Below are positions 47,151 through 60,035 of a stretch of 64,000 nucleotides of DNA, piece by piece. The DNA is taken from contig CAVOVB010000003.1 in NCBI GenBank assembly GCA_963699755.1, forward strand, positions 448,001 to 512,000, in the 5' to 3' direction. Positions within the stretch are counted from its first letter, which is position 1; every line of letters begins with the position of its first letter. The translations under genes and the position numbers were made by a program. The stretch is from an uncultured delta proteobacterium. Lineage in GTDB: Bacteria > Myxococcota_A > Polyangia > Polyangiales > Houyiibacteriaceae. The notes beneath the pieces were generated by a model. The model was given only the letters and a program-made list of their open reading frames with translations. It did not search any database and was not told the origin of the DNA.

Positions 47151-47363
47151 CTAGGTGCTTGGCCCTGAGGGTTTGTCTCCCTCACCCGGGCAGTAGGTGC
47201 TTGGCCCTGAGGGCTTGTCTCCCTCACCCGGGCAGTAGGTGCTTGGCTCTGAGGGCTTGTCTCCCTCACCAGGGCAGTATGCAGATGCCTCAGCGCTTCC
47301 GACAGCCGCGAATGCGAAGACGGCAGCGAGAGCGAGGGCGCGAATCAAGGTTTGTCTGGGCAT
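47151..47363 (-). CDS. Small secreted peptide with three YCPGEGDKPSxPST repeats
   Basis: Signal peptide (..SAEASA) followed by three 14-aa units. Confidence 0.7.
   Translation of the reverse strand: MPRQTLIRALALAAVFAFAAVGSAEASAYCPGEGDKPSEPSTYCPGEGDKPSGPSTYCPGEGDKPSGPST
47152..47277. repeat. 42-bp tandem repeat x3
   Basis: Units start at 47152, 47194 and 47236 (TAGGTGCTTGGCCCTGAGGG..TCTCCCTCACCCGGGCAG). Confidence 0.9.
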
Positions 47364-47554
47364 GGGTAAAAGCTAGAGCCCTCCGCCGAGATGCACAAGC
47401 GGCATCCGGATTTGATCCTGGGCAATGCTGGGGGTTCGTCGTTTTGCGGCGCCGCAGGTCCGTTTGGGGAGCCCGGAGCTCAGGACGACATCCGAAACAA
47501 GACCCGAACCCCCAAAACGAAGAAACCCGGCAGCTGCAAACTACCGGGAATCAT

Positions 47555-47631
<77 letters not shown>

Positions 47632-47766
47632 AATTCCCTCAGAGCATCACCCTAGGAGTCCGGCCTTGTAGCCTGGGGGGTCAGGGCTGTCAAAGACCTG
47701 ATGTTTCAATCCATTTCGCCCGAGTCCGGGAGGCTTCTCCTATGCATTGGCACTGGCCTCCGGTCC

Positions 47767-48810
47767 TCAGATCGCCTGCGTGTTCCAGGTCGGGCGTGGG
47801 ACGCGGCGATGGCAGAGCTCATCGATGGCTCGGGGAACGACCTCGGAAGCGGGCGGCATGGCGCGGATGCGCGCGGCGAGCGCGCCGCGTGGCTTGTCGA
47901 ATTCGGCTTCGAAGCGTCGAATGACTCCGGGGGTGCAGCGATCGACTTGGGCTGCGATGCCAATGCCGGCAGCTTCCACCAGGCGTGCGTTCATTTCGTG
48001 CTCCCCGTCGTTTTCGGGGTGAAGCGCGAGCATGGGAATGCCGAGCATTGCGCACTCGGCGGGCAAATGATTACCGGCCGACCCGACTACTGCGCGACAG
48101 CGACTGAGCGCTTCGCCGAACGCGACGACGTCGGGCGAAAAAAGCTCGACCCCTGGCGGCGCGCTCCGCGGCTGACCGAAGAGCAGCACGCGGTGGCCGC
48201 GGCGAGCGAGTTGCTCGAGCGCGAGCGTTCCGTTGCCGTCGCGGAAGTAGGCGAGGATGAAGTCTTCGCGCGCACGCAGCGAGTCGGTTTCGCTGCGCAG
48301 GTCTGGGCGTGCCACGTAGGTGCCCTCAGTTCTTGGCTCCACCGGTGCAAAGTGGACGGCCACCCGCCGGCGCGCCGGCCAAGAGGAGCTCGCCACATTG
48401 GCGACTTCGCGCAGGTGTCTGTGAAAGGACAAGGCTGCCGGCAGACGCGTGTGACGCAGAACCAGACCGTGTCCCACCGCAACCACGGGGATTCCGAGTG
48501 ACTTCGCCGCGTTCACCGAAGGGCCGTCGCCGTCACTGACGACGAGATCTGGCGGCCAGCGACGAAAGCGTTCTCGGTCAGCCCGAAACCGGAGGGTAAA
48601 CGAGCGGAACATCCCCTCACCAGGCATGCAGGGCGGGATGGGCTGGACGCAGGGGAGGTCGTAGAGGGTGTTCCAGGCCTCGCCGGCGCAGAAAACCCGG
48701 GCTTCGTAGCTCCCGCCCAGAGCCTCCATGACGGCCCTCGTCCGTATCGCGTGACCCTTGCCTCGACCGTGCACGAAATATGCGATGCGAATCATGATGT
48801 CTGTCCACAC
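47767..48810 (-). CDS. GT-B glycosyltransferase (MJ1255/GT28-like)
   Basis: YFVHGRGKGHAIR, DLVVSD, VVGSAG..L.AE...LGIPML, EHEMNA. Confidence 0.85.
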   Translation of the reverse strand: MWTDIMIRIAYFVHGRGKGHAIRTRAVMEALGGSYEARVFCAGEAWNTLYDLPCVQPIPPCMPGEGMFRSFTLRFRADRERFRRWPPDLVVSDGDGPSVNAAKSLGIPVVAVGHGLVLRHTRLPAALSFHRHLREVANVASSSWPARRRVAVHFAPVEPRTEGTYVARPDLRSETDSLRAREDFILAYFRDGNGTLALEQLARRGHRVLLFGQPRSAPPGVELFSPDVVAFGEALSRCRAVVGSAGNHLPAECAMLGIPMLALHPENDGEHEMNARLVEAAGIGIAAQVDRCTPGVIRRFEAEFDKPRGALAARIRAMPPASEVVPRAIDELCHRRVPRPTWNTQAI

Positions 48811-49112
48811 GTACGACTGGCCGGCGGCTTCGTGACGCCCGGATCCCGCCGGAGGCTAAGTCGACGACAAGACTACAAAATTCCTGTTTGGAGGACGGAG
48901 CCTGCAGGGTTGGCCCGGTTTTCGCAAGGAGAGATGGCGGAGCGGGAGAATGTCTCCGAAAAGCCAGGGAAGGAGCCCAGAATCATGGCCAAAACGGCTG
49001 CGAGTCTGGGTTGATGTGAGGGGTTGTAGTCATCGGACGACAGCTTTTTTCACAGTGTGTGAATCTGGTTCACGGTTGACAGTCTCATCGGTGAGACAGA
49101 TGGAGGGCCTCG

Positions 49113-50498
49113 ATGTACTCGCATGAGCGACAGTGGCTACGGAAACTAGCGATTCTCAATGATTACGTACGGATCCCGTACGCAAACGGCTCGTCTTATG
49201 CTTCGCAGTTCCTGTATAGGGAAATGTCGGCCCGTGGCCACGAGGTCACGATCGTCGGCCCTGATGATCCCAACGCGCAGCCGAGCGAGCTGCCGCCGCG
49301 TCACATTTCGCTGCCAAGCATCCCGCTTCGCAACCACCCCGGCTTCTACCTCGCGATGCCGTCCCGGTCTTCGCTCGAGGCCCTCAAGGATGCCAACTTC
49401 GACATGCTGCTCGCCCAGAGTCCGAGCGGCTTGCTCTACGCCGGCGGCTGGCTTCGTCAGCAGCACGGGGTTCCGCTGGTTTGTGTCAACACGGTTCACA
49501 TGCCGAGCGTGTACAACGTCGTCCTTCCGGACGCGCTCCATCAGGTGGCCACGGTCAACCGCCTCTTCGAAGAGCGGGTCATGCCCTGGGTCGAATCGAA
49601 TACGACCGACGCCTACAACGCCGGTGACGCACTCGTCTGTCTGAGCCCCGGCCTCAAGCGCTACTGGCAAGAGCGTGGCGTAGAGGTTCCGATCCACGTG
49701 ATTCCGCGCGCCATCGAAAAGCGCATCTTCGACCAGACCGGCCAGGACGATCCCTTTGCACCCGAGACCAAGTCCGGCGCCCGGCTCCTCGTCGTCTGCC
49801 GTCATGCACGCGAGAAGGAAGTCGATCGCTTGCTTCGGATCTTCGCGCGGTACGTGTACCCACGCATTGAAGGCGCCACGCTCACCCTCGTCGGTGACGG
49901 GCCCGAGAGCGAGGCGCTCAAGGAGCTCGCGAAGGAGCTCGGCATCGACCACCGAACTTACTTCGTGGGCGAGCAGTCGCTTCTGCGGATGCCAGCCTGG
50001 TTCCGTCACGCTGACCTCTTCGTCTACACCTCCCTTTCGGAGACCTACGGGCAGGTCATCAGCGAGGCGCTCTGGTGCGGCCTCCCGGTCGTCGCGATGG
50101 ACGATGGGATGGGCGTCGCCGGCCAGGTGACCGACGGTGAAGACGGCTTCCTGATCGATCCCAGAGCCGAGGACGCAGACCGCCAGTTCGGCGGCTACGT
50201 CGAGCTGCTGCTCAGCAAGGCCACGCTTCGCCGCCAAATGTCGGAGCAGGCAACGCGAAACGCCAAGGATCGCTCCGACCCCGAGGCTTGTGTCCAGCGC
50301 TATCTCGAGGTCTTCGAGGTCGCCAAAGACCACGCCAAGCGCCATCCGGGCGGTTCGCAGCTCATCGCGTACCGAAGCCTTGCCCGCTGGGCCGGGATGC
50401 ACTCGACAGTGGCCGCGATGGGCCTGATGCGGAAGCCTGTCGAGCTCAACCGCAACCACGCGCCGACCGGCACCTGGACGTTCTCCGCGGCGTCGTGA
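49113..50498 (+). CDS. GT4 family glycosyltransferase
   Basis: GGAGG RBS, CRHAREK, LVGDGP, DLFVYTSLSETYGQVISEA. Confidence 0.9.
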   Translation: MYSHERQWLRKLAILNDYVRIPYANGSSYASQFLYREMSARGHEVTIVGPDDPNAQPSELPPRHISLPSIPLRNHPGFYLAMPSRSSLEALKDANFDMLLAQSPSGLLYAGGWLRQQHGVPLVCVNTVHMPSVYNVVLPDALHQVATVNRLFEERVMPWVESNTTDAYNAGDALVCLSPGLKRYWQERGVEVPIHVIPRAIEKRIFDQTGQDDPFAPETKSGARLLVVCRHAREKEVDRLLRIFARYVYPRIEGATLTLVGDGPESEALKELAKELGIDHRTYFVGEQSLLRMPAWFRHADLFVYTSLSETYGQVISEALWCGLPVVAMDDGMGVAGQVTDGEDGFLIDPRAEDADRQFGGYVELLLSKATLRRQMSEQATRNAKDRSDPEACVQRYLEVFEVAKDHAKRHPGGSQLIAYRSLARWAGMHSTVAAMGLMRKPVELNRNHAPTGTWTFSAAS

Positions 50499-50510
50499 CG
50501 GAAAGCACGA

Positions 50511-53500
50511 TCACTCGGCCGTCAGCAGCTCGACCTCCGCATCCGAAGGCGTGATGGGCTCGGGCGGGGGCATCGTCGGCCGGCCGCGCAGGCGCGCCCC
50601 GAAGTTACTTCCGAGGCGCTGCGCATCTTCGAGGATGATGTAGGCGCAGGGCACGATGAGCAGCATGATCATCGTGGCCGCCAACACACCGAAGCCGAGC
50701 GATACGGCCATCGGTACGAGGAAGCGCGCCTGTACCGAGGTCTCGAGAATCATTGGCGCGAGGCCGAAGAACGTCGTGAGCGACGTCAATAGAATCGGAC
50801 GGAAGCGTCGAGCGGCGCCTGCGACGACCGCTTCCCAGGTGCTCATTCCGTCTTCACGGAAGCGGTTGATCGCGTCGATGAGGATCAGCGAGTCATTGAC
50901 GACGACGCCGGAGAGCGCGACCAGGCCCATCATGCTCATCAGGCTCAGCGAGAAGCCCATCACGACGTGACCCCAAACGGCGCCGACCATCCCGAACGGA
51001 ATCGCCGACATCACGAGGATCGGTTGCGTGTAGCTGCGGAACACGACCGCGAGCATCGAAAACATGACGATCAAAGCCAGGATGAAACCAAGGCCGAGGG
51101 CACCCATGGTCTCGGCCTGCCGCTCCTGCTCACCACCGAGACTGTATGAGAGGCCGGGGATGTCGGCGAGCAGCTGCGGGAGCTCGCGCTGAACGATCTG
51201 CGCGTTGATGTCGTTGGCGTTGGCGTCTTCGTCGGCGACGTCGGCGGTGACGCTGATGTTGCGGCGTCCGTCGGTCCGCTTGATGACCGTGTAGGCCTGT
51301 CCCCTCTTGACCACCGCGGCCTGCGAGAGAGGCATCTCGCCGCCCACGGGCGTGCGAATAATCAGCTCTTCCACGTTGTAGAGAGATTGCCGCTCGTCGA
51401 GGGGCAAGCGGACGTAGACCCGAACCTCGTCACGACCGCGCTGCTGACGAACGGCCTCCGCGCCAAAGAACGCGGCGCGGACCTGCCGCGCGAGCTCGAA
51501 CTCGGTCATGCCTTGCGCCAAGGCGGCGTCCGTGAGCCGGAAGTCGAGCTGATCCTTGCCTTTGGTGACGCCGCTGTCGATGTCGCGAAGGCCGCTGTAC
51601 GCGGAGATCTCGGTCGCCAGCCGCTCGGCGGCGGCTTCGAGGGTGGGCACGTCGTCGTGGATCAGCTGCACCTCGATCGGTTTGCCCGGCTCGACGCCGA
51701 CCTCGAATGAAAAGGTGAGCGAATCCGCCCCGGGGATTTCGCCGATCCCGTCGCGCCAACGCTGGACGAACCGCTGGGTGGTCAGCTCGCGGTCGCCGGC
51801 GTCGATGAGGTACATCATCACGGTGGCGTAGTGGCTTCCCTCGGTCAAAAGGGAGCCCTCCGGGCTCGCCTCGAGCGCGCTCATTGCGCCCACTTCCTCG
51901 TACAGGCCTCGGGACATCGTGGGGCCCTCGGACGCTGCGTCCTGCTCGTCGACGATCGATTGGGCGACCGCGGCGATCCCGTCGGCGATTCGCTCGGTCT
52001 CCGGGAACGGGGTGCCCACCGGCATCTTCAGGTGCGCCGTGATCAGGTCGCCCTCGACCTTGGGCAGAAAGGTGAAGGGGATCCGACCGGCCACGTATCC
52101 AAGCGTGCCGATCAAGAGCGCGACGCCCGTTGCGATGGTGAAGTAGCGCCACCGAAGCGCCCTGTTCAAGATCGGAAGGTAGGTGTGCTGGATGTGGTGC
52201 TGGAGGCGGTGCGGCATGTCGATCTTCGAGACGAGGCGCATGAACCAGAGGTAGGGCGAGAGTACGACCCTGAGCCACCAGGGCATCGTGTGCGAGAGGT
52301 GGGCCGGCAAGATGAGGAGCGATTCGACGAGGGAGATCATCAGGACCGCAATGACGACGATCGGGACGACGCGGAAGAACTTCCCCATGGGCCCAGGGAC
52401 CATGAGCATCGGCGCGAACGCCACGCAGCTGGTGAGAATCGCGAAGATCACCGGTTGGGCGACCTCTTTGGCGCCCGCGATTGCGGCTTCGAGCCGCCCC
52501 TTGCCGTCCATCCGCTGCTTGTAGATCGATTCCCCGACGACAATGGCGTCGTCGACGACCATGCCGAGCGTGATGATGAACGCAAAGAGCGAGATCATGT
52601 TGATCGAGATGTCGGTCACCGGGAAGAAGAGCAGGGAACCTGCGAACGAGATTGGAATGCCGAGCGTCACCCAAAATGCCAACCGCGCTTCGAGAAACAA
52701 TCCAAGCGTCAGAAGAACCAGGAGCAAACCGATGCGAGCATTGCGGACGAGCAGCGAGAGCCGCCCCTCGTACATCTCGGCCGTGTCGAACCAGTTCGCC
52801 GCGTAGAGGCCTTCGGGCAAGGTCTCTTGAAGCTCGGCGACGTACTCTTTGGCGGCAGCCGAGACGGTCAGCGGGGTCTCTGAACCGACGCGGAAGACGT
52901 TGATCATCACGGCCGGTTTGCCGTTGTAGGTCGCCTCTTTGTCGATTTCCCGGAAGCCGTCGCGCACGGTGGCGATGTCGCGGACGCGCACCTGCGAGCC
53001 ATCGGGTTGGCTGAGCAGAATGATGTTGCCGAACTCGTTGCCGCGGTCACGCCGCTCGGTCGTGCGCAGCAGGACTTCGCCCGCCGTCGTCTTCACGCCG
53101 CCCCCGGGGAGCTCGACCGAGGCGGCGCGGACACGCGCTGCGACCTCATCGAGGGTCAATCCGTGCTTTCGAAGCTCGGCTTGCGGAACTTCGATGCTGA
53201 TTTCGAGGGGGCGAATCCCCGAGAGCTCCACGTAGGTGATGCGCGGGTCTTGGAGCAGTGTTCGACGGCTGTTTTCTGCCACGGACCGCAGCGTGGATTC
53301 GTCGACGTCGCCATAGAGAACGATCGAGATGACCTGCTGCCGGTTCGAAAGAAGGCTGACGGTTGGGCGCTCCACGTCCTCGGGAAACGAGGTGATGCGA
53401 TCGATGGCGCTCTTTACGTCGTTGAGCGCCCGGTCTTTGTCGGTGTTGAGCAGGAGCTCGACCAAGGTGCTCGCCTGCCCCTCCATCGCTGAGGAAGTGA

Positions 53501-53777
53501 CCTTCTTGACACCATCGATGCCCCGCACCGCTTCTTCGACCGCAAGGACGACCGCTTGCTCGACTTCCGCAGGGCTCGCGCCGGGATAGATGACGCCAAT
53601 CGAGACGACATCGAGCTCGACCTCCGGAAACACTTCCTGCTTGATGCCGGACGCGAAGGTGACGATGCCTCCGACGATGAGGATCAGCATCAAGACGTTG
53701 GCCGCGACGGAGTTCTTCGCGGCCCAGGCGATGACACCGCGCTCCTTGTCTGGATCGAAGTGGTTGGCGTCGGTCAT
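50511..53777 (-). CDS. RND efflux permease (AcrB/AcrD/AcrF family)
   Basis: 1088 aa; GMVVDDAIVVGE, GVVVNDSLIL, RFRPILLTSLTT. Confidence 0.95.
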   Translation of the reverse strand: MTDANHFDPDKERGVIAWAAKNSVAANVLMLILIVGGIVTFASGIKQEVFPEVELDVVSIGVIYPGASPAEVEQAVVLAVEEAVRGIDGVKKVTSSAMEGQASTLVELLLNTDKDRALNDVKSAIDRITSFPEDVERPTVSLLSNRQQVISIVLYGDVDESTLRSVAENSRRTLLQDPRITYVELSGIRPLEISIEVPQAELRKHGLTLDEVAARVRAASVELPGGGVKTTAGEVLLRTTERRDRGNEFGNIILLSQPDGSQVRVRDIATVRDGFREIDKEATYNGKPAVMINVFRVGSETPLTVSAAAKEYVAELQETLPEGLYAANWFDTAEMYEGRLSLLVRNARIGLLLVLLTLGLFLEARLAFWVTLGIPISFAGSLLFFPVTDISINMISLFAFIITLGMVVDDAIVVGESIYKQRMDGKGRLEAAIAGAKEVAQPVIFAILTSCVAFAPMLMVPGPMGKFFRVVPIVVIAVLMISLVESLLILPAHLSHTMPWWLRVVLSPYLWFMRLVSKIDMPHRLQHHIQHTYLPILNRALRWRYFTIATGVALLIGTLGYVAGRIPFTFLPKVEGDLITAHLKMPVGTPFPETERIADGIAAVAQSIVDEQDAASEGPTMSRGLYEEVGAMSALEASPEGSLLTEGSHYATVMMYLIDAGDRELTTQRFVQRWRDGIGEIPGADSLTFSFEVGVEPGKPIEVQLIHDDVPTLEAAAERLATEISAYSGLRDIDSGVTKGKDQLDFRLTDAALAQGMTEFELARQVRAAFFGAEAVRQQRGRDEVRVYVRLPLDERQSLYNVEELIIRTPVGGEMPLSQAAVVKRGQAYTVIKRTDGRRNISVTADVADEDANANDINAQIVQRELPQLLADIPGLSYSLGGEQERQAETMGALGLGFILALIVMFSMLAVVFRSYTQPILVMSAIPFGMVGAVWGHVVMGFSLSLMSMMGLVALSGVVVNDSLILIDAINRFREDGMSTWEAVVAGAARRFRPILLTSLTTFFGLAPMILETSVQARFLVPMAVSLGFGVLAATMIMLLIVPCAYIILEDAQRLGSNFGARLRGRPTMPPPEPITPSDAEVELLTAE

Positions 53778-55027
53778 GGGGTGACTCGGGCAGCGGGCAT
53801 GCTCGGCTTGCTGGGCGCAGCCTTGGGGTTCTCCGCCAGTGTTCGCAGGAGCATGTTGGGCACCGGGGTGGGGATACGGCTGGTGACGACGCGCTCGTTG
53901 GCTTCCAAGCCGTCGGTGACGAGCACCGCGTCCGGTTCGGTCCAGGCGATTTGAACGTCGCGAATCTCGAGCTCGTCTTGGTCGTTCATCACGTACACGC
54001 TTCGCCCGTTTCTCAGCGCGACCCGAGGGACGCGGATGGCGTCGTCGATCGGTTGCGCGCCAACCTCGACGTCCACGAACGAGCCCAGCAGCAAGGGCAG
54101 GTCACCGGGCTTCCCGAGGGGGTCTTCGATGCGGACCAGGATGCGCGCCATCGCCCCGCCTGGATCGAGGTCGGGAAGCTGCCGGATCACTTCGCCTCTA
54201 CGTACGATGGTCTCTTGGCCGACGCGCTGGATGATCTTCGTTTCGGAGCCAGGGGTGTCGTCCAGGCGGGCTCGGACGGTTCGCAAAGCCGCGACCGGGA
54301 CCGACACCTGCACGTGGTACTCGTCGGTGCCAACCAGCCGCGCGACCGTGGACTGCGGGCTGATGAGTTGGCCGGTGTCGACACTCTCGGCGACCACCAT
54401 CGCGTTGAACGGCGCGCGAAGGATGGTGCGCGTCAAATCGAGCTCTGCCTTTTTGAGCGCGCTCTGTGCGGCCTTGAGCGCCAGCCTGGTCGATTCGAGC
54501 TGCGGCTCCCGCTGGGCAAGGGCGCGCTGCTCCTCGGAGACATCCATCTCGCCAAAAGAGCTCCACTCGCGCTTGGCCACTTCACCACGACGCCTCTCGA
54601 GCGCGAGGTCGAGCTTGGCGCGGTTGACCTGGGAGCGATAGGACTCGGCCGCGAGCTCGTAGTCGCGTGGGTCGATCTTGACGATGGGCTGTCCTTCCTT
54701 GAACCGACCTCCTGCGACGAGCTCGGGGCTCTGCCAGACGACGCGCCCGCCGAGCTCCGGCTGAAGCACGATTTCTCGGGCGGGCACGACGGTGCCCTTG
54801 GCGTGAAGGTCGACTTCGTGCCGCCCGCTGCTGATCTGAATCACATCCACCAGGGTGCCTTCGAGCACCTTCTCGGCGCGCGGAGGCTCCGGCTTGGTGA
54901 TCACCAGAACATATGCCGCTATAGCCGCGGCGACGAGCACGCCGATCGACAGAGTCCATTTCAGGCGCCGCTCGCTTCGCTTACCCATCTTCGGGCTCTC
55001 CAAATTCTTCCGGCCATGCGCCACCAA
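53774..55027 (-). CDS. RND periplasmic adaptor (membrane fusion protein)
   Basis: N-terminal TM helix, lipoyl half-motifs, LTRTILRAPFNA. The true start may be the internal Met near 54988. Confidence 0.9.
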   Translation of the reverse strand: MVAHGRKNLESPKMGKRSERRLKWTLSIGVLVAAAIAAYVLVITKPEPPRAEKVLEGTLVDVIQISSGRHEVDLHAKGTVVPAREIVLQPELGGRVVWQSPELVAGGRFKEGQPIVKIDPRDYELAAESYRSQVNRAKLDLALERRRGEVAKREWSSFGEMDVSEEQRALAQREPQLESTRLALKAAQSALKKAELDLTRTILRAPFNAMVVAESVDTGQLISPQSTVARLVGTDEYHVQVSVPVAALRTVRARLDDTPGSETKIIQRVGQETIVRRGEVIRQLPDLDPGGAMARILVRIEDPLGKPGDLPLLLGSFVDVEVGAQPIDDAIRVPRVALRNGRSVYVMNDQDELEIRDVQIAWTEPDAVLVTDGLEANERVVTSRIPTPVPNMLLRTLAENPKAAPSKPSMPAARVTP

Positions 55028-56483
55028 GCGCTCGATAGAGCTGGACGCGATAGGAAACCAGTTGTCGGCGCGCCGCGACGAGCTGAAGCTCGGAGATCTG
55101 CCGGGTCGCGAGCGCCGTCAGGACGGGCAGGAAGTCGCTGAGGCCGGCTCGGTAGCGATCGCGGGTGGCTTCGAGCGTGATGTTCGCCAAGCGGAACTCC
55201 TCTTCGAGGAACTGAATGCGGAGGCGCTCTTGACGCTCGAGGACGAGCGAGCTCTCGACTTCGATCAAGCCGGTGAGAATCGTCTCGGCGTACAGCTCCA
55301 AGGCCTGGTCCACCAGGGCGCGCTGCGCACCGATCTGCGATCTGCCGGCGATGCCGTCGAACAGCGGCACGGCGAAGCTTGCGCCCGCGTTCCAGGTGAA
55401 GCCTTTGGCCGTGATTGCAGGCGTTGTTTCACCTGGGGCACCGCCGAAAGCGCCTGTGGAGGTGATCTTGGATCTGAGCCAGGTGTAGGAGGGGGTGAAA
55501 TCGATGACAACCTGGGGGAGCCGCGCGCCAATTGCGGCGGCGACCCGGCGATCCTGCGCTTCGACTCGCTTCTGGACAGCGCGGATGTCCGGGCGGGCAT
55601 TCAGCAACGAGGCGGGGACCTCAATGGTCGGCGTCGGACCGATCTCGGGCAGTGTTTTGCCGTCCACGGGAAACTCGCGACCAGGAGCCTCGCCCAAGAG
55701 CACCGAAAGCCGTTGATCGGTGAGCTCAGTCAAGGAATCCGCCACGGTAAGGAGCGCGCGTTGGCTGGCCACGCGCTGCCGTTGTTGGTGCACGTCGACC
55801 GCGGAGTTGAGACCCTCTCGGTAGCGAAGCTCGACCAGCTCGAGGAACTTCAGGTCCGTGTTCAGCTGCTCGGTGACCACGGCGTTTTCGATCCGCGCGT
55901 TGATCGAATCAAACCAGGCCTCGGCCACTTCGGCCGAAATAGCGATCGCGAGGGCCTCTTGATCGAGGCGGGCGGCCTCCGCGTCGAGCTTGGCCCCTTG
56001 GTGCTCTCGCGCGCGGCGCGCGAAGAGATCGACCTCGTACGATACCGGGAGCGACCCACTCGCGTCTAGCGATGTCGTCTCAGCGAACGGCGTAATGTTC
56101 TTGGCCGCGTTGAACGAGCCAACCGCGCCGATCTGAGGCATGCGCGCGGCGCGAACCTGGTTGGCGACGTACTTCGCTTGCTGCACCCTCGCCCAGCCGG
56201 CACGTACGCTCTGGTTTCGGCGAAGCGCTTCTTCGACGAGCGCCGTCAGCGTAGGGTCACCCATCTGCCGCCACCAGCGCACATCGCGGATGACCTCGGC
56301 CTTGGTCGTCGTCTCCATCTTGGGCAGGGCTTCAGTGTCCGGCTCCGAAGCCGGAGGGACCTCGGCTCCCTCCGTGTACCTGTCTGGTACGTCGAGGGGG
56401 GGCGGAATGTCGGTCTGCTTCTTGTAGTTGCAGCCCGCAGCTAGCGTTGACGCCGACAAGATCAGAATCAGAGCACGCATCAT
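54981..56483 (-). CDS. Outer-membrane efflux lipoprotein (NodT/TolC family)
   Basis: Lipobox AAGC, WW..GDP.L..LV, YEVDLF, RPDIRA, LYRALGGAW. Confidence 0.93.
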   Translation of the reverse strand: MMRALILILSASTLAAGCNYKKQTDIPPPLDVPDRYTEGAEVPPASEPDTEALPKMETTTKAEVIRDVRWWRQMGDPTLTALVEEALRRNQSVRAGWARVQQAKYVANQVRAARMPQIGAVGSFNAAKNITPFAETTSLDASGSLPVSYEVDLFARRAREHQGAKLDAEAARLDQEALAIAISAEVAEAWFDSINARIENAVVTEQLNTDLKFLELVELRYREGLNSAVDVHQQRQRVASQRALLTVADSLTELTDQRLSVLLGEAPGREFPVDGKTLPEIGPTPTIEVPASLLNARPDIRAVQKRVEAQDRRVAAAIGARLPQVVIDFTPSYTWLRSKITSTGAFGGAPGETTPAITAKGFTWNAGASFAVPLFDGIAGRSQIGAQRALVDQALELYAETILTGLIEVESSLVLERQERLRIQFLEEEFRLANITLEATRDRYRAGLSDFLPVLTALATRQISELQLVAARRQLVSYRVQLYRALGGAWPEEFGEPEDG

Positions 56484-57130
56484 GAAGTTCCTTCACTCGA
56501 AAGGGCCCGCACCATCGCGTCCAGGTGTAGAGGCACCAGCTCATCTAAATCTACGGGAGCGGGAATTCGCTGCGCCATTGCTTCTTTGTTGAGCCCGACC
56601 AAGATGATGCCCAAGAAGCTTGTCCAAAGCTGCATGGCTTGTGGCAGCGGGGCGATGTCTGCTCGGACGCTTCCGTCGGCCTGGCCGCGTTGAAGCGATG
56701 CGACCACGAGCGACAGGAGCTGTCCGACCCGCCCGCGGTAAGTCTGAAACGCCTCGGTCGAATCATCCATGCGCTCGCCCGCGCTGAGCCACGCGAGCGC
56801 GAAGCGGAAGTGGTGTGGGTTCGCTTGGGTGTGCTCATAATAGGCCTGGAAGAGGGCAAGGACGGCATCGAGACCCGTCTCGGAATTGCTGACTGCGTTT
56901 TCGATGAATGGAGTGAAAGCGTCGATCAGCCGAGTGGCCACCGCAGCGCAAAGGGCGTCTTTATTCTCGAAGTAGAGATACAGCGTCCCCTTGCTGAGCT
57001 CCGCCGCATCGGCAACGGCATCCATCCGAACTCCGAAGTACCCCTCCGCCGCGATGAGCTCCTGCGCCGCATCGAGAATCGCCTCCCGACGAGCCGTTCG
57101 CTCCCGCTCCCTGCGTGCCGCTACAGCCAA
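56480..57130 (-). CDS. TetR/AcrR family regulator
   Basis: RREAILDAA..MDAVADAAELSKGTLYLYFENK. Confidence 0.93.
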   Translation of the reverse strand: MAVAARRERERTARREAILDAAQELIAAEGYFGVRMDAVADAAELSKGTLYLYFENKDALCAAVATRLIDAFTPFIENAVSNSETGLDAVLALFQAYYEHTQANPHHFRFALAWLSAGERMDDSTEAFQTYRGRVGQLLSLVVASLQRGQADGSVRADIAPLPQAMQLWTSFLGIILVGLNKEAMAQRIPAPVDLDELVPLHLDAMVRALSSEGTS

Positions 57131-57149
57131 TCCCTGCTCTCCAGTGAGC

Positions 57150-57270
57150 TGACCGACAGTCAGTCACTGACTACTGGTTAGCAAATCTAGGGCCGCAAGT
57201 CGCAGCTTCCAGTGGAAAAATGCTTCAAGGGCTTGGTTCTTTGGAGCCAATAAGTGACTAGAAAGTCACT
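57150..57270. promoter_or_regulatory. Putative TetR operators upstream of the efflux operon
   Basis: Palindromes AGTCAGT-C-ACTGACT (57158-57172) and AGTGACT-AGAA-AGTCACT (57253-57270) share TGACT/AGTCA half-sites. Confidence 0.55.
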
Positions 57271-57335
57271 CTAAGACCAGCCCTCCCCGCCGGGGGAGAA
57301 GCCCCGTGGAGACACAGCGCGTCGTCTCTACGGGG

Positions 57336-57408
57336 TGGGAGATCTCGGATTCGAACCGAGGACCGTCGCCGTGTAAAGACGCTGCGCTAACCACTGCGCC
57401 AATCTCCC
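57336..57408 (-). tRNA. tRNA-Val(TAC)
   Basis: GGGAGAT/ATCTCCC acceptor stem, TGGCGCAGTGGTTAGCGCA D-arm, loop TTTACAC, GGTTCGAATCC; no encoded CCA. Confidence 0.92.
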
Positions 57409-57482
57409 CAATCTTGTCGAAGAGCGAGCTTTTAGCACGCCTGGCAAAGATCGCAGCGATTTAGAGAGGTGGCCGCGGTCCG

Positions 57483-59987
<2,505 letters not shown>

Positions 59988-60035
59988 CAGTCTACTCTGC
60001 TCCGCACGCGGCGGGGATGGATGGAGGGGGCCGCA

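Noticed and set aside
47400..47550. Short inverted repeats downstream of tRNA-Asp as an integrated element remnant
   Set aside because: No duplicated tRNA 3' end or integrase; compatible with a terminator plus chance pairing.
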